A stretch of 63,426 nt of DNA, filler included, from Octopus bimaculoides (GCF_001194135.2; 5 parts of 5 records of this genome joined end to end with filler, not necessarily neighbours in it), one strand, 5' to 3'; shown: positions 11,544 to 24,140, numbered from the whole stretch's first letter. A program made the numbers and translations. The notes: generated from the letters alone by a model not told the origin.

Positions 11544-12522
11544 GCGAAATTTTTTTCCCACGAGCGTCCCGAACCCCACTAATGAACTCATTTGCACATA
11601 GCCAATCAGAGCAGAGCTACCTTTATCCCTTCTTCCTTTCTAGTTAGCACCGTGCATTCTTTATTCTTTCCCTCTCTACTGGCAAACAGCAACTTCTCCG
11701 TCTCGGTTAATGTTTGTTTCTTTTTGTTATTGAGCATTTAGATGACTGTGAGGCGAGCTAAAAATAACAGCTAAATAAGATTTTTTGGATAAATCTTTTA
11801 AATTAAAGTTTATTTGCCAACATCTCGCTCAGAGATTTAAAATTAACTGTTTTTCTCTTTTAAATTAACATAAACGTTTATTTACATGAAAGAAAATTAC
11901 TGGAGAACTTTCATCTAACTCTTTTAAATTTTTCTGTTAAAGATTCTAATGTGTTTATCGCATGTAACGTGTTGTTTATAACATTTGCATTAAACACTGG
12001 TGGTTGTAAAGTGTGCTAAAAATTACAGCTAAATAAGATTTATTTACATAAAATAAAATTACTAGAGACATAACACGTTGTTTACAAATATTCTTTTCTA
12101 ATCAAGGCACAAGGCTCGAAATTTTTGGGGAGGGGATCAGTCGATTAGATCCACCCCTGTACGCAACTGGTATTTAAATTTATCGACCCCGAAAGAATGA
12201 AAGGCAAAGTCAACCTCGGCAGTGTGCCATTTTCAGAATATTGACAACAGTGTATTTATGAAACCTTCAAGAAGTTTCCGTACTTTCATATTCGTCCATA
12301 TTGCTATAATTATTCAGACCTACCGCTAACAAGCGTATGTGTTCAGTATCGATGATATTGGCATCTGAATGAGAGCACAATACAATATTCGCATGGTAAT
12401 CGGAGGTCGCCATTCTAAATGCCAACATTTGTTAACTTGACAAGGTGAAAGTGAACTTTGATTGGCTGTATGCAAATGAGTACTTTACTGGGGTCCGGAA
12501 CTCTTGTAGGAAACAATTTCGC
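11544..12522. mobile_element. Non-autonomous Mutator(MULE)-like DNA transposon, ~70-bp TIRs, 9-bp TSD
   Basis: Termini GCGAAATT...AATTTCGC. TIRs align over ~68 bp. TSD GACCCGGTG (11535-11543) / GTCTCGGTG (12523-12531). Removing it restores the LINE frame (..PGDNR..). Confidence 0.85.
12095..12227 (-). mobile_element. 5'-truncated SINE nested in the MULE-like element
   Basis: The reverse complement reads GCCGAGGTTGACTTTGCCTTTCATTCTTTCGGGGTCGATAAATT..CCTTGTGCC. Confidence 0.85.
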
Positions 12523-13259
12523 GTCTCGGTGACAACAGGATCAAAGAGAAAGAAGAAAAACTGAACAACCATAACAATTTGAAGTGGAAAATACGAAGGT
12601 TGTGGTCAATGAGGAGAGTAGACGTGATACCAACAGTAATTGGTACGCTTGGAAGTATCAGCACTCAACTTCCAACGTGAATCAAAAATACCGGTACAAG
12701 CATAAAGGTAGAACACCTACAAAAATCAGCATTGCTTGCAGGAATTCTTCGCCGGGTTCTTGAAGTATGACCAATAGACAAGTGTCACCTTAGTCTGTTG
12801 GCTGTGGACAGCTGACACATTCCATCATACCCAGCAAAATATGCTGAGAGTTTTCATAAAAAATAATAATACCATACTTAAAAGAAAGTAGTAGAGTGAT
12901 AGATAAAAAATAAATAAATAAATAAAATGAGATTGAGGTTGCAAAAGAAATTCAAGTGGAACATCTAATAAAATATAAGTAATAAGGAACAAAGAGTAGA
13001 GAGACCTTCTATAATTCAAACTAATCAAATAATTTAATGATCAATATATTATTAGTGCTAAAGTACTAGCCCAGAAAGGTATACAAGAGTTACCTTATTC
13101 AGGTGCTGTAACCGATTAATTTTCGAGGCAATAATTTGAAGGTTTTGTTAAAAAATATGAATAATCATACACATCACCTGGACAAAAATATAGATAGGAG
13201 TAGTAGAAGTAATAAGCAAATAGATAATTCTAAGAAACGGAGAGATAGATTAAGATAAA

Positions 13260-13460
13260 GAGGTATGGTATAATGCACCATTCGGATCCAGTCGCCACCA
13301 ATATTCCGAGAAAATTTTTGATGACCTTGGCGAAGCGTTTCCTACCTTCGGGTCGGTACAGGAAATTGTTTAATAGGCATTCGGTTACGTTTGCATATTT
13401 ATCCACGAGGAACCTGATGCAAACCATAGCTTCACACAACATCCGTAGATTAAGAGAGTT
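13260..13460 (+). mobile_element. Penelope-like element RT C-terminal/linker fragment
   Basis: WYNAPF..VATNIPRKFLMTLAKRFLPSGRYRKLFNRHSVTFAYLSTRNLMQTIASHN matches the Penelope WFNPP..TNIG..F..FNRNTVKVSYS..HN motif. Confidence 0.75.
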
Positions 13461-13649
13461 CATATTTAATAGCTTAGAAGTAGAAGTAAAAATAGTAATA
13501 ATAATATTAACAGCAACAACAACAATGATAACTTTATTTGCACGCTGAAGATGCGACAACCGAGGGTTTTTATTCAATCTTAAGAACATGCAAGCTGAAG
13601 TTAGTCAAGAAATTCTATATAATGTGGAAGGAAGCGATACAGAAGTGAA

Positions 13650-15294
13650 TGATGACACGGCATTTTGATTTGTCAAGTTGCATGCCAGCTATCCAGCCAA
13701 ATTACGGTCGTGTTTTTCCCTTTTTTCGCCTCCGGTAATGACGTCATCGATTAACAATCGGTCCTTTTGAAGAGAATGACCGTGAATGAATGAATCCATA
13801 ATGTTTTAAAAGACGGCAACGGCATTGGTAAACCTGAATGGTAGGCGAGTAAATTTGAGCAGTTTGTTACAGGCTTCAAAAGCCGTCAAATGAAAATCCT
13901 CTTCTCAGAAGGGAATTTGAGAGTAGGCTTCATTCAAGTCGATATTAGAGAAGTAATTATTGGACTCGATTCTTTCGAGTAATTTATTAATGTTAGCTGC
14001 CCGATCAGCGCCAACAGGACCAAACTGATTTATTCCTTCCCGACAGGACGAATGACTGTGCTTGCCAAATGCTTCTACTTTAATAATCCCATCTTTCAAC
14101 ATTCTTTTGATTTCATCTTCGATGAACTCTCTATAACAATGATTTCTTCGCGATTTCATAGCGATCGGTGTTAGTTTGGACGCATCGACGCAGGACAGCA
14201 GACTTAAACGTTGGCAACTTAATTCCTCACGAGGAACACAAACAGAAATCGGCTCCCTATTACCGTCTAGATTTAAACGTCCATTCTTAATACAATCGGT
14301 GCTACGAGTGACTCAACAACATACACTTCTGCTTCATAATAGCGTCCACCCACTCTAGTGTGACTAATCAGCACTCTATAGGTGTTAAACTGACTGTTAC
14401 CAGCTAAAAAGTATACGCTTTTTTGACATTGTTAGAGGAAGCCAAAATTCTTTGGACAGATCTAGACAAATAAAGGTCTTATCTGATCCAGCATCCTGTA
14501 GACTGTTTGTCATGTGATCATTTACCTTAACTGTAATGAGTTTTGTTCGTTTCCAGACGGCGGCTAGCTGAAAAATTGAAGCTCAGATTTCGCATGTTGA
14601 CTTGTTTTTGTGATCTGCGTTACCTTCTGTTCTGATCATGGCGACTTTCTGTTTGAAAGAAGTTGATTTCTTTATCATGCAAACAGTTGCTCAGTGTCCT
14701 TTTCGGTGACAGTAATTACAGATAGAGTTCTTGGCTGGACATGTTGATTTTGGTTGAATAAGCCCACAGCATCAATAGCAAGATCCTTTTCCTCAAGCTG
14801 CTAGAGGTGGAGGGTATGCAGAATTCATTCTTGCATCCTCGTTGGCTAATTCCATGATAAAAGTAATCTTTACCAATGATCACATGTTGTCTTCGGTAGA
14901 TTGAGTAAGCATTGACGAATGATCGATGAATTTATTCCTGAGACGAAAGCGCTGCAAATTAGTAAGTCACTGGAGAGGGTTACTGCTGGAAGGCTATATG
15001 TGTGGCGACAGGATTCTGCCCTTTGCCATACCTCCGGAAAGAGTCAGAATTGCTTATCAGAGAACGCAGTATATGCTGGTTGCTGTAGTGTATGTCATTG
15101 GAGAATTTCTCCCTTTTACTACCACAGTGTGTTCATAGGGCTGACGAGACACAAAATGCCAAAACACTGGTGGCCCAGAATCACCCAGTCCAGTGAACCA
15201 AGTGTGTTAGGAACAACACACTGTCATCGTATTTAAGAATAAATATGCAAATAACCGTTTGAGATCTCGCTGTACATGGTGCAACGATTATACA
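13650..15294 (-). mobile_element. Second Ty3/Gypsy remnant (gag knuckle, protease, RT; possible PBS and 5' LTR)
   Basis: CNYCHRKGH*ATVC (CX2CX4HX4C) at ~14677-14720. LQDAGSD protease at ~14490. RT EFIEDEIKRMLKDGII..YFSNIDLNEAYSQIP..FTRLPF..IDDV. PBS-like TGGTAGTAAAAGG at 15111-15124 and a TG..CA segment at ~15127-15294 are tentative. Confidence 0.82.
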
Positions 15295-15307
15295 TACATA
15301 CACACAC

Positions 15308-15348
<41 letters not shown>

Positions 15349-15433
15349 TGTGTGTGTGCGTGTACGTGTGTGTGTGCATGTATATATGTGTTCTTGTGTG
15401 TATGCATACGAGTCAGGATGTCAACGTTTTATG

Positions 15434-15492
<59 letters not shown>

Positions 15493-15820
15493 ACACATAC
15501 ACATATTATTATTGCAGCTGTTGTTGTTATTAATATTACTATTAATAAAATACAGGGAGTCCACAAAGTCTGGGTGCATGTGGGGATTAACACAAACTTT
15601 AAGAAATTATTATTTCTTATATTTAATTGTTTATGTTATGATTTTATTTACTCCATGTAGCCAGACCTAGTGGACAGCCTGTAGAATGCTGTGATCTCAT
15701 AGTTGCGACATTACAAATCGGTTTCATACCAGAAATCTAAAATCAACTACGGTAATCATCAGAAATGATACGTGCATTTATATATATTTATATATGTATT
15801 TATTTGCATGGATATATATA

Positions 15821-15968
15821 CAGGGCCAGCCCTAGGGTTGCTGGCGCTCCGGGCAAGCTAAACTTCGGCGTGGAAATTCCCTTGTCTTTGTCACACCCTC
15901 CTTGGTGCCTCCTGGCACATGGCGCCCTGGGCGACTGCCCGAATTGCTGGTACCTTGAGCCGGCCACG
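15821..15968. mobile_element. GC-rich hAT-type MITE inserted in (TA)n
   Basis: Imperfect TIRs CAGGGCCAGCCCTAGG / CCTTGAGCCGGCCACG, internal GGCGC(T/C)C(C/T)GGGC repeats, and flanking 8-mers TATATATA. Confidence 0.65.
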
Positions 15969-17569
15969 TATATATAAATGCACACACATAAACACACACG
16001 CACACAAACGCATACAAATACATATACAAAATGTAAGTGCATATATGAATATTCTAATATACATTTATATACGTATGTATGTGTGTGTGCTTGTGTGTGT
16101 CTGTGTATATATATATATATATNNNNNNNNNNNNNNNNNNNNNNNNNNNNNNNNNNNNNNNNNNNNNNNNNNNNNNNNNNNNNNNNNNNNNNNNNNNNNN
16201 NNNNNNNNNNNNNNNNNNNNNNNNNNNNNNNNNNNNNNNNNNNNNNNNNNNNNNNNNNNNNNNNNNNNNNNNNNNNNNNNNNNNNNNNNNNNNNNNNNNN
16301 NNNNNNNNNNNNNNNNNNNNNNNNNNNNNNNNNNNNNNNNNNNNNNNNNNNNNNNNNNNNNNNNNNNNNNNNNNNNNNNNNNNNNNNNNNNNNNNNNNNN
16401 NNNNNNNNNNNNNNNNNNNNNNNNNNNNNNNNNNNNNNNNNNNNNNNNNNNNNNNNNNNNNNNNNNNNNNNNNNNNNNNNNNNNNNNNNNNNNNNNNNNN
16501 NNNNNNNNNNNNNNNNNNNNNNNNNNNNNNNNNNNNNNNNNNNNNNNNNNNNNNNNNNNNNNNNNNNNNNNNNNNNNNNNNNNNNNNNNNNNNNNNNNNN
16601 NNNNNNNNNNNNNNNNNNNNNNNNNNNNNNNNNNNNNNNNNNNNATATATATATATATATACATATATATACATACATATGAGCCTATGTTTGTCTTTGT
16701 GCACACACACATGCATTATAATGCATACATAATGTATGTATGTATGTATGTATGTATGTATGTATGTATGTATGTATGTATGTATGTATGTATGTATGTT
16801 GAAATGCCGTGTGAGTGTTAGTATAGAGCAGTTATCGAGAGCATATGAGAACGATGATTACTGTGAGGAACAAAATGACATTAAGATACTGTGAGAGTGC
16901 GAAGAAAATAGCGAAGCACTATGAAAAAGACAGTGGGGAGACGTGGTAGTGATTACTGGAAGGTTTCGCAGTAACGTTTAAGAGAATCTTTTCGAGAGCC
17001 AACTAGGTGAGTGTCTCTCGTCTTTTTCACACCCGTCACATATATCGTCGTATGCACACGTATGCTCTTTCCTCTCTATTGTTTTTGCTATGCTGACACC
17101 AGAGAGATAGCAGTGTGGATACAAAATTCATCGCCTCGCTGCAAATCTGAATTGTAAAGACAAGCGTAGGTAAGCTGCTGCTGCTGCTGCTGCTACCACC
17201 ACTACTACAACTACCACTGCCGGTGGTAGTTCTAGTCGTAGTAAGAGATTGTGGCGGTAGTGGTAATGGTGGTGCCAGTAGTGGCGGTGATGTTGAAAGA
17301 AGTGGCAATAAACTGGGGTGGAAAGCGATTTGAGAGGAAAATACAAATATCTGCTGTAAGTATTTGGTGTTCTTCTTGAAGTGTTAATGTTACAATTCAA
17401 TATGTGTCTTGTACTGTGGAGAGATGGTAGCTATGTACAGATTCTTTTATACCTTACCTCATCTCACCTTGTTTTCTTGTCGCTTCTACTTCTACCAGCT
17501 CATCATTTTGCTCCCTTATAGTTTATTTTTTGTTCTTCGCATTCTTATTCTTCCCATTGTTTTTCTTGT

Positions 17570-17670
17570 CGTCGTCGTCGTCGTCGTCGATCTTCTTCTT
17601 CTTCTTCTTCTTCTTCTTCTTCTTCTTCTTCTTCTTCTTCTTCTTCTTCTTCTTCTTTTTCTTCTTCCTA
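17570..17670. repeat. (GTC)n/(CTT)n trinucleotide microsatellite
   Basis: Directly visible. It gives the poly-K/L/F pseudo-ORFs. Confidence 0.95.
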
Positions 17671-18596
17671 CCTCCTCCTCCTCCTACTTTTTCCGTGCCC
17701 CTTTTCTTTTTACTTTCTCCCAAATTCTTTCCTATTCGTTTCTGTTGTTTTCCTTTCATTCATTATTTACTTCTTTTCTCACCCTTTTTATTTACCTGTT
17801 CTCNNNNNNNNNNNNNNNNNNNNNNNNNNNNNNNNNNNNNNNNNNNNNNNNNNNNNNNNNNNNNNNNNNNNNNNNNNNNNNNNNNNNNNNNNNNNNNNNN
17901 NNNNNNNNNNNNNNNNNNNNNNNNNNNNNNNNNNNNNNNNNNNNNNNNNNNNNNNNNNNNNNNNNNNNNNNNNNNNNNNNNNNNNNNNNNNNNNNNNNNN
18001 NNNNNNNNNNNNNNNNNNNNNNNNNNNNNNNNNNNNNNNNNNNNNNNNNNNNNNNNNNNNNNNNNNNNNNNNNNNNNNNNNNNNNNNNNNNNNNNNNNNN
18101 NNNNNNNNNNNNNNNNNNNNNNNNNNNNNNNNNNNNNNNNNNNNNNNNNNNNNNNNNNNNNNNNNNNNNNNNNNNNNNNNNNNNNNNNNNNNNNNNNNNN
18201 NNNNNNNNNNNNNNNNNNNNNNNNNNNNNNNNNNNNNNNNNNNNNNNNNNNNNNNNNNNNNNNNNNNNNNNNNNNNNNNNNNNNNNNNNNNNNNNNNNNN
18301 NNNNNNNNNNNNNNNNNNNNNNNNNNNNNNNNNNNNNNNNNNNNNNNNNNNNNAAGATGCTGTTTTATGTATGTGTGTGTCTATGTATAAGAGAGAAAAT
18401 GTGAGAAAAACGACGGTTATTACTTTTTCCTCCTACCGACTCTTGTTTTCTTTCACAAATTTCTACTTTTCTTCTAAATAATTAGCTTCCTCATCCTGTT
18501 AAATAAAATCAAGGTTGATTTATTACAGCTTGCTTCTATGCATTAGATCTAGACAGACGTGCGTGCATGCGCGCATTCGAAAATGCACGTACGCAC

Positions 18597-18645
<49 letters not shown>

Positions 18646-19059
18646 GTGTGTGTGTGTGTGTGTGTGTGTGCATCTATGTGTGTATGTTTTTCTATATGTG
18701 TGTATATGTATATGTGTGTGTAAGAAAACAGTTGGATGATTGCTACTCAGAGTTTCGCCCCACTTGCGACTATTCAGGTTGTCTTGATAAACTTATTCAG
18801 AAATGTGTGCTCGAATGCATGTGGTGTGAAAATCGGAGTAGCAAAGAGATCATTAAATGATTCTTAATCACTAGACACCTTACTCCAATTGTTGACTATG
18901 CAACGATTACTTTTACCTTCACTTGTAAAGAAAAGGTATGAATGTATGTATGCATGCATGTATGTATGTATGTATGTATGTATGTATGTATGTATGTATG
19001 TATGTATGTGTGTACATGTATGCATGATGACTAGGTATATATATATAGATATATAAATC

Positions 19060-19141
<82 letters not shown>

Positions 19142-19188
19142 TATGCCTGTGCGTGCGCGTGTATACGCACACATACACACACACATAT

Positions 19189-19350
19189 TACGGAGATGTA
19201 CTTGCATAGCAAGTGACCTGATCTAAGAACGTGTGCTGAAACAAAAACAGTTGCAGCGTGGAGGGTGTTTATAAGCCATTAAAAAACACACAAAAACCGT
19301 TAGATTCACTTCAACATTTAAATTTTATTTGTCAAAATATTTTCGTCGCA
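19189..19350. mobile_element. Short interspersed repeat (probable MITE), truncated by a gap
   Basis: Homologous to 3171-3352. Begins TACGGAGATGTACTTGC. Confidence 0.5.
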
Positions 19351-19828
19351 NNNNNNNNNNNNNNNNNNNNNNNNNNNNNNNNNNNNNNNNNNNNNNNNNN
19401 NNNNNNNNNNNNNNNNNNNNNNNNNNNNNNNNNNNNNNNNNNNNNNNNNNNNNNNNNNNNNNNNNNNNNNNNNNNNNNNNNNNNNNNNNNNNNNNNNNNN
19501 NNNNNNNNNNNNNNNNNNNNNNNNNNNNNNNNNNNNNNNNNNNNNNNNNNNNNNNNNNNNNNNNNNNNNNNNNNNNNNNNNNNNNNNNNNNNNNNNNNNN
19601 NNNNNNNNNNNNNNNNNNNNNNNNNNNNNNNNNNNNNNNNNNNNNNNNNNNNNNNNNNNNNNNNNNNNNNNNNNNNNNNNNNNNNNNNNNNNNNNNNNNN
19701 NNNNNNNNNNNNNNNNNNNNNNNNNNNNNNNNNNNNNNATACACACACATATATATATATACACATATATATATACATATATATATATACATACATATAT
19801 ATATATATATATACATACATACATACAT

Positions 19829-19925
<97 letters not shown>

Positions 19926-20819
19926 TATGCCTGTGTGTGCGCGTGTATAACACACACACACATATATTCATATATCTATATAGTTATATATCTATCTATA
20001 TATATTTCTCTCTTTCAATATATATATGTACACACACACACACACACACATGTAATATACATATACATATATATATGTTATAAAGAACGAAAAAATTCTG
20101 TATAATCCAGATTTTTTTCCATCGTAATTTGCGAAGCTAAGAGACCATGGTTTCTGTTATTGATTACGCCTCGATGTAACCAGTGTGATAAACTGGTATT
20201 CCCTAAAATTCAATTCATTACTGGAAGCTAACAAAATATGATTTCCCCGGTTTATATATGCTCATTGATTTTTTTTTTTTACATACATTCAATACGAGTT
20301 GATTTGTTGTTTACGTTTATGTTGAACTGTCTTTCTTTCTGGAAACCGCTCGGCTGTGAAATAAAAATGAAATCTGTTTTTCATCAATCACACTGAATCA
20401 AGAAGAATGTTGTATCTTGCTAGGACACAAGTAGAAGCAAGGTTTCAACATTTAAATAGTAATCCAACATCTTAACCTTGTCGCTAATTGCAGCAAAGAC
20501 CTGCATCAACTTGTAGTTCACATTCAGATGAGTAGACTAAACCATTTAGCGGAATCCCCGCGCTGCTGCTCAACCTGAGCATGAGAGATCTCTGTTGCTG
20601 AAAAGAAGATAGCCATTCCAAAATGCATGCATCCAAAAGTCTGGTTAGGGATGGCTGTGAAGTGACTCGGTGTATTTATATCTGTTTGTCTGCAGCGAGA
20701 AATTTTCTCTATGACAAAATATGTGAAATGCTTTCTTACGGATCTGAATATACCCCATGCGTATTTGTACTGGGAACAATCTTATATACATACATACATA
20801 CATACATACATGCATGCAT

Positions 20820-20866
<47 letters not shown>

Positions 20867-20919
20867 CATACATATACATTAGCATCTGCTGCAGCAGCGG
20901 TAGCAGCCAGATGGTCCCT

Positions 20920-21250
20920 CTCCAGAAGTCGGCTTGCTTAGACTCTCCACTGTGTTTGTGCTGCATGCGTACAATCAGCGAGGCTCTGGATTCCAGTCCA
21001 TTCGTTGACGCTGTCAGTCAACAAACGTCTTTGATAGTCTCTTGCTCTTTTCTCTGCCACACTTCCTATCAGGATGGTCATGGACAATGAATGACGCGTG
21101 GCGCATCATATGTCCAAAATATGATAGCTTTGTGAACTTGGTTCTTAATAGGTTTCTTTAGATTTTTAGCTTTTCTAGTAATGCAGCGATGTTACCCTGT
21201 CTTCCCAGCTTATTCTTCCCAATAAACATAAGATCCACATCTCAAAAGGC
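20920..21250 (-). mobile_element. RTE/CR1-like LINE extreme C-terminal fragment
   Basis: The reverse complement encodes GHMMRH..ILIGSVAEKRARDYQRRLLTDSVNEWTG..QWR. Confidence 0.65.
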
Positions 21251-21311
21251 ATCTAGCTCCTTTTCTCTGTGTGTGTGTGTGGGGTGGTGGTGCGTGTATG
21301 CATGTATGTAT

Positions 21312-22740
21312 ACACAAACTGCGTGATGCATTTAAGGACATATTTGGTAATTTGATAAAAAAAAAAAACTCTAATCTAGCAAAATCCAACTGTATTTCAA
21401 TAAAGATTTGTGCACATGTTCTCAGTAAGCTTTCTTATACGATTATTCTATGAATCCGCCTTCATCTTCTTCTCTGACTGCTGCGGTGCGGGACCTGAAT
21501 CGTTGATATGTCTGCATTAAATGATCCTTATTCATTTCGGACTTAACCTGGATAATGGCAGCTTTCAAGAAAACTATGGATTTGTGAGGGTGTTAATTAA
21601 CTTCCCTTTCAACGACTCTCCAAACGTAGTCCATAGGATTTAAATCAGGCGAGTTTTGAGGTCACAAGTTTGTTGTTATAGGATCGTAAAGATTGTCTGA
21701 CACCCATTCTTGGGTTACGTGGACTCCGTGAGAGGTGCTGATTCTTGTTGAAATACGTATGACCACCCATTGTGAACTTCTATCATCCAAGGTTTAACTG
21801 TCTCCAATATCTTAATGAATCCAGCAGCATTAATTCTAGGATCCCGTGGAAAGAGATGTGAGGTGGCATGATATGTTGTTCGTTACTCCTCTACGGCCTC
21901 CGTCTGTCATTAATGCCCATGAATGAGGGTCCTGGTTGTCCGCTCTACTGGAACAGTGTTGTCTGTGGAGCTAGTGCCTTCCAGTATAAGGTGTTCAATA
22001 GGTCAAGGCCTGGGTAGTATGCTATGGAAGACAGGCTGTTGTTGCCCATGCAGCGTCTCTTCCACTCTCCGCGCCACCGATGGATCCAATGGAACAACAC
22101 AACTGTTACAATTTTGCAATAGCGCCGTCACAAGAGCGATGACAATGAAGTTAAAGACAACTTGTAACTGCTTCGGAGTATGCGATTCCCGATTTTCCTT
22201 CAGGCTTAACTCCCGAAGCCTTTCCCATGACTATGTCCGTAATGGAGCGGAGATTTAGAATCAGAATTTTCTTTCTCCCGGATGGATCGTTTCACCCTCA
22301 GGTTGACCAGTTCCATCTGCCTGACCGGCTGGCTAATTAACACATGGTTAAGAGTTGATTCCAGGTTCCTCAAAACTGTGGAATTCCCTAACTAGGGCCT
22401 CACCACTGGATGCAGTTTAAAGCTATACCCTTTGTTACTCACTACTCTTAAAGCCATCACAGCTGTCGGAAACTTAGTGTGCATCACTTTGGGGAACATC
22501 AGTAGGATTTGTACGTAACCATCTGTCATTTCTCCTGCCTTGGTCGAATTTTTTCTCATCAAAGAAGAACCTAAACATTCTATGTTCGTGAGGGGTTTTA
22601 ATTTTGTTAGATAACAGCTTGTCACGGATCAAACGGTTTTGCCATTGGCCTCTCAATATATACGACTTGTATCGAATGTCTTCACTCACCACTTTAACGC
22701 CTGAAATTGACGGTCCTCATTGATTTTTCGGGATCATCAT
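21312..22740 (-). mobile_element. DD37D (maT-type) Tc1/mariner transposon remnant, split by a retroposon
   Basis: FFFDEKKFDQ..NDRWL..VMHTKFPTAVM..VVSN | MPPHIFP..FQQESAP(S)H..TQEW..(W)PQNSPDLNPMDY..GGFIE*. There are 37 residues between the second and third catalytic positions after repairing a 1-nt frameshift. Confidence 0.88.
21889..22430 (-). mobile_element. 542-bp non-coding retroposon with a 10-bp TSD (RTE-related, inferred)
   Basis: Flanked by TTCGTTACTC (21879-21888) / TTTGTTACTC (22431-22440). It interrupts the transposase exactly and is GC-richer than its flanks. The motif GGGAAAGGCTTCGGGAGTTAAGCCTGAAGGAAAATC resembles RTE 5' regions (recall). Confidence 0.7.
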
Positions 22741-22945
22741 CAATAATATTTTGAATTCGTTGGATGAATTGCATTGTTCTTATGGTGTCCGAACCATTAG
22801 GATGATGTCTTCTTTTGGGAACAATTGAAACACACCCGCCAAAATCATGCAATTCCAACCGAAGTTTGAAAAAAAAAATCCAACTAAATGAAACCTATAA
22901 ACAAGAGCTTGAAGCTTCTCTTCAGGATAAAAAAAAATATCTGTA

Positions 22946-24136
22946 ATGCTTCAGAAAACAAACAATATTCTCTCAATGAATGACGAGTGTCGACAAACTG
23001 CTATGTTTGATCTTTCGCTAATCGAAGGTAAATAATAACCGACTCTATATTAGCATGAATTAAACATTTTAGTGGAACTCTGCGATGACTTTCAAGACTT
23101 GCTAACATTTCTCATTATCAAACAACAAATAGAACCTAAATGCCCATTTCTCAATGATAGTGCCATTCATTGTGAAGGGGTGCTTTCTTCAATAAACAAC
23201 ATGAACGAACTGAAACAAGACATTAATGGCTTCAAGCTTTTAAAGTGTAAAAACATATTTCAACTTTCAATCAGTTCCTGAAATCGATATTTGGGCGACA
23301 TCACTGCTTTGGCAGAAGAGCAATGCAATGAGGTAATCTGCAAACGAGAACATCGGATCATCCACGAAAATGCTACCGTTCGTCATAAAAACACGAGATG
23401 CTTCTCAAAAGTTCGTAATAATAAGCTGGAAACAATTCAGCCATCAGAAGTATAAGATTACTCCCAAGTCCAAGGACATATAAAGCTTTGGATTAAGTTG
23501 AAAGTATGGTTCTTTTTATAAACTGCAATCTTATGCTACTGCCCCATAAATGAGAAAAATGAAGGGAACGTGATTCAGTTTTCTATGATCTAACTAAAGC
23601 AGTTCCTAAAACACAATGTTATAATTATTCGATGTGCTAGAACGAAATTTCAAATAGAATGTGTAATTATCAATTTAGGTGTACAATACTCAAAGAGAAA
23701 AGCAAGCTGTGGACGTTAAAATACGTAAATAACACAAGGGCATAACTGGATCACATTCTAATCAGCGGGGGAAAAAATCAATTGAAAATAATGTTGTGAA
23801 CTGTGAAGCCGACAATTTTATTGGCAATTCTGATGACAAATAAATTCAGGCAGAATTTGAGAGTAAATAAGAACCGAAGTATATAAAAAAAAAGTGTTAT
23901 GATTAGAGAAAACTTAACCCTGACGCAGGCACGAGAAATTCATACGCACTTGATATAAAGAATTGCTTGGTAACATCACAAATTTTAGTTGATTTTCAAA
24001 ATGCCAACTCCATTGAGGATAACACCATAAAGACAAATGAAAATGCAGCAGAAGCAAATATTCCAAAAGCAGAAAGAAGAACGAAGAATCTCATGGGAGA
24101 ATAAGGAGATATTCAAGAAAAGAAAACTGATGGAAG
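22946..24136 (+). pseudogene. Decayed coding-like sequence of unassigned family (possibly macro-domain/PARP14-like)
   Basis: One frame runs 23072-23521 (150 codons) with only 2 internal stops in AT-rich DNA. It is in frame with 22946-23027 across a 45-nt GT..AG segment. No TE catalytic motif is recognised. GDIT/QGHI/GNIT-like motifs are present. Confidence 0.4.
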
Positions 24137-24140
24137 CGCA

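Larger units (their letters stand above)
11163..12870 (+). mobile_element. R4/Dong-like RLE LINE 3' part, split by a DNA transposon at 11544-12522
   Basis: Left part: RMCGERDKTVWHIFS..YKRRHDNVVRMIHWELC..WDAMIQCNHLTRHRKLDIVVV. Right part resumes GDNRIKEKEEKL..LKWKIRRLW..VIPTVIGTLG..LQKSALLAGILRRVLEV*, followed by a 3' UTR and AAT tail. Confidence 0.9.
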
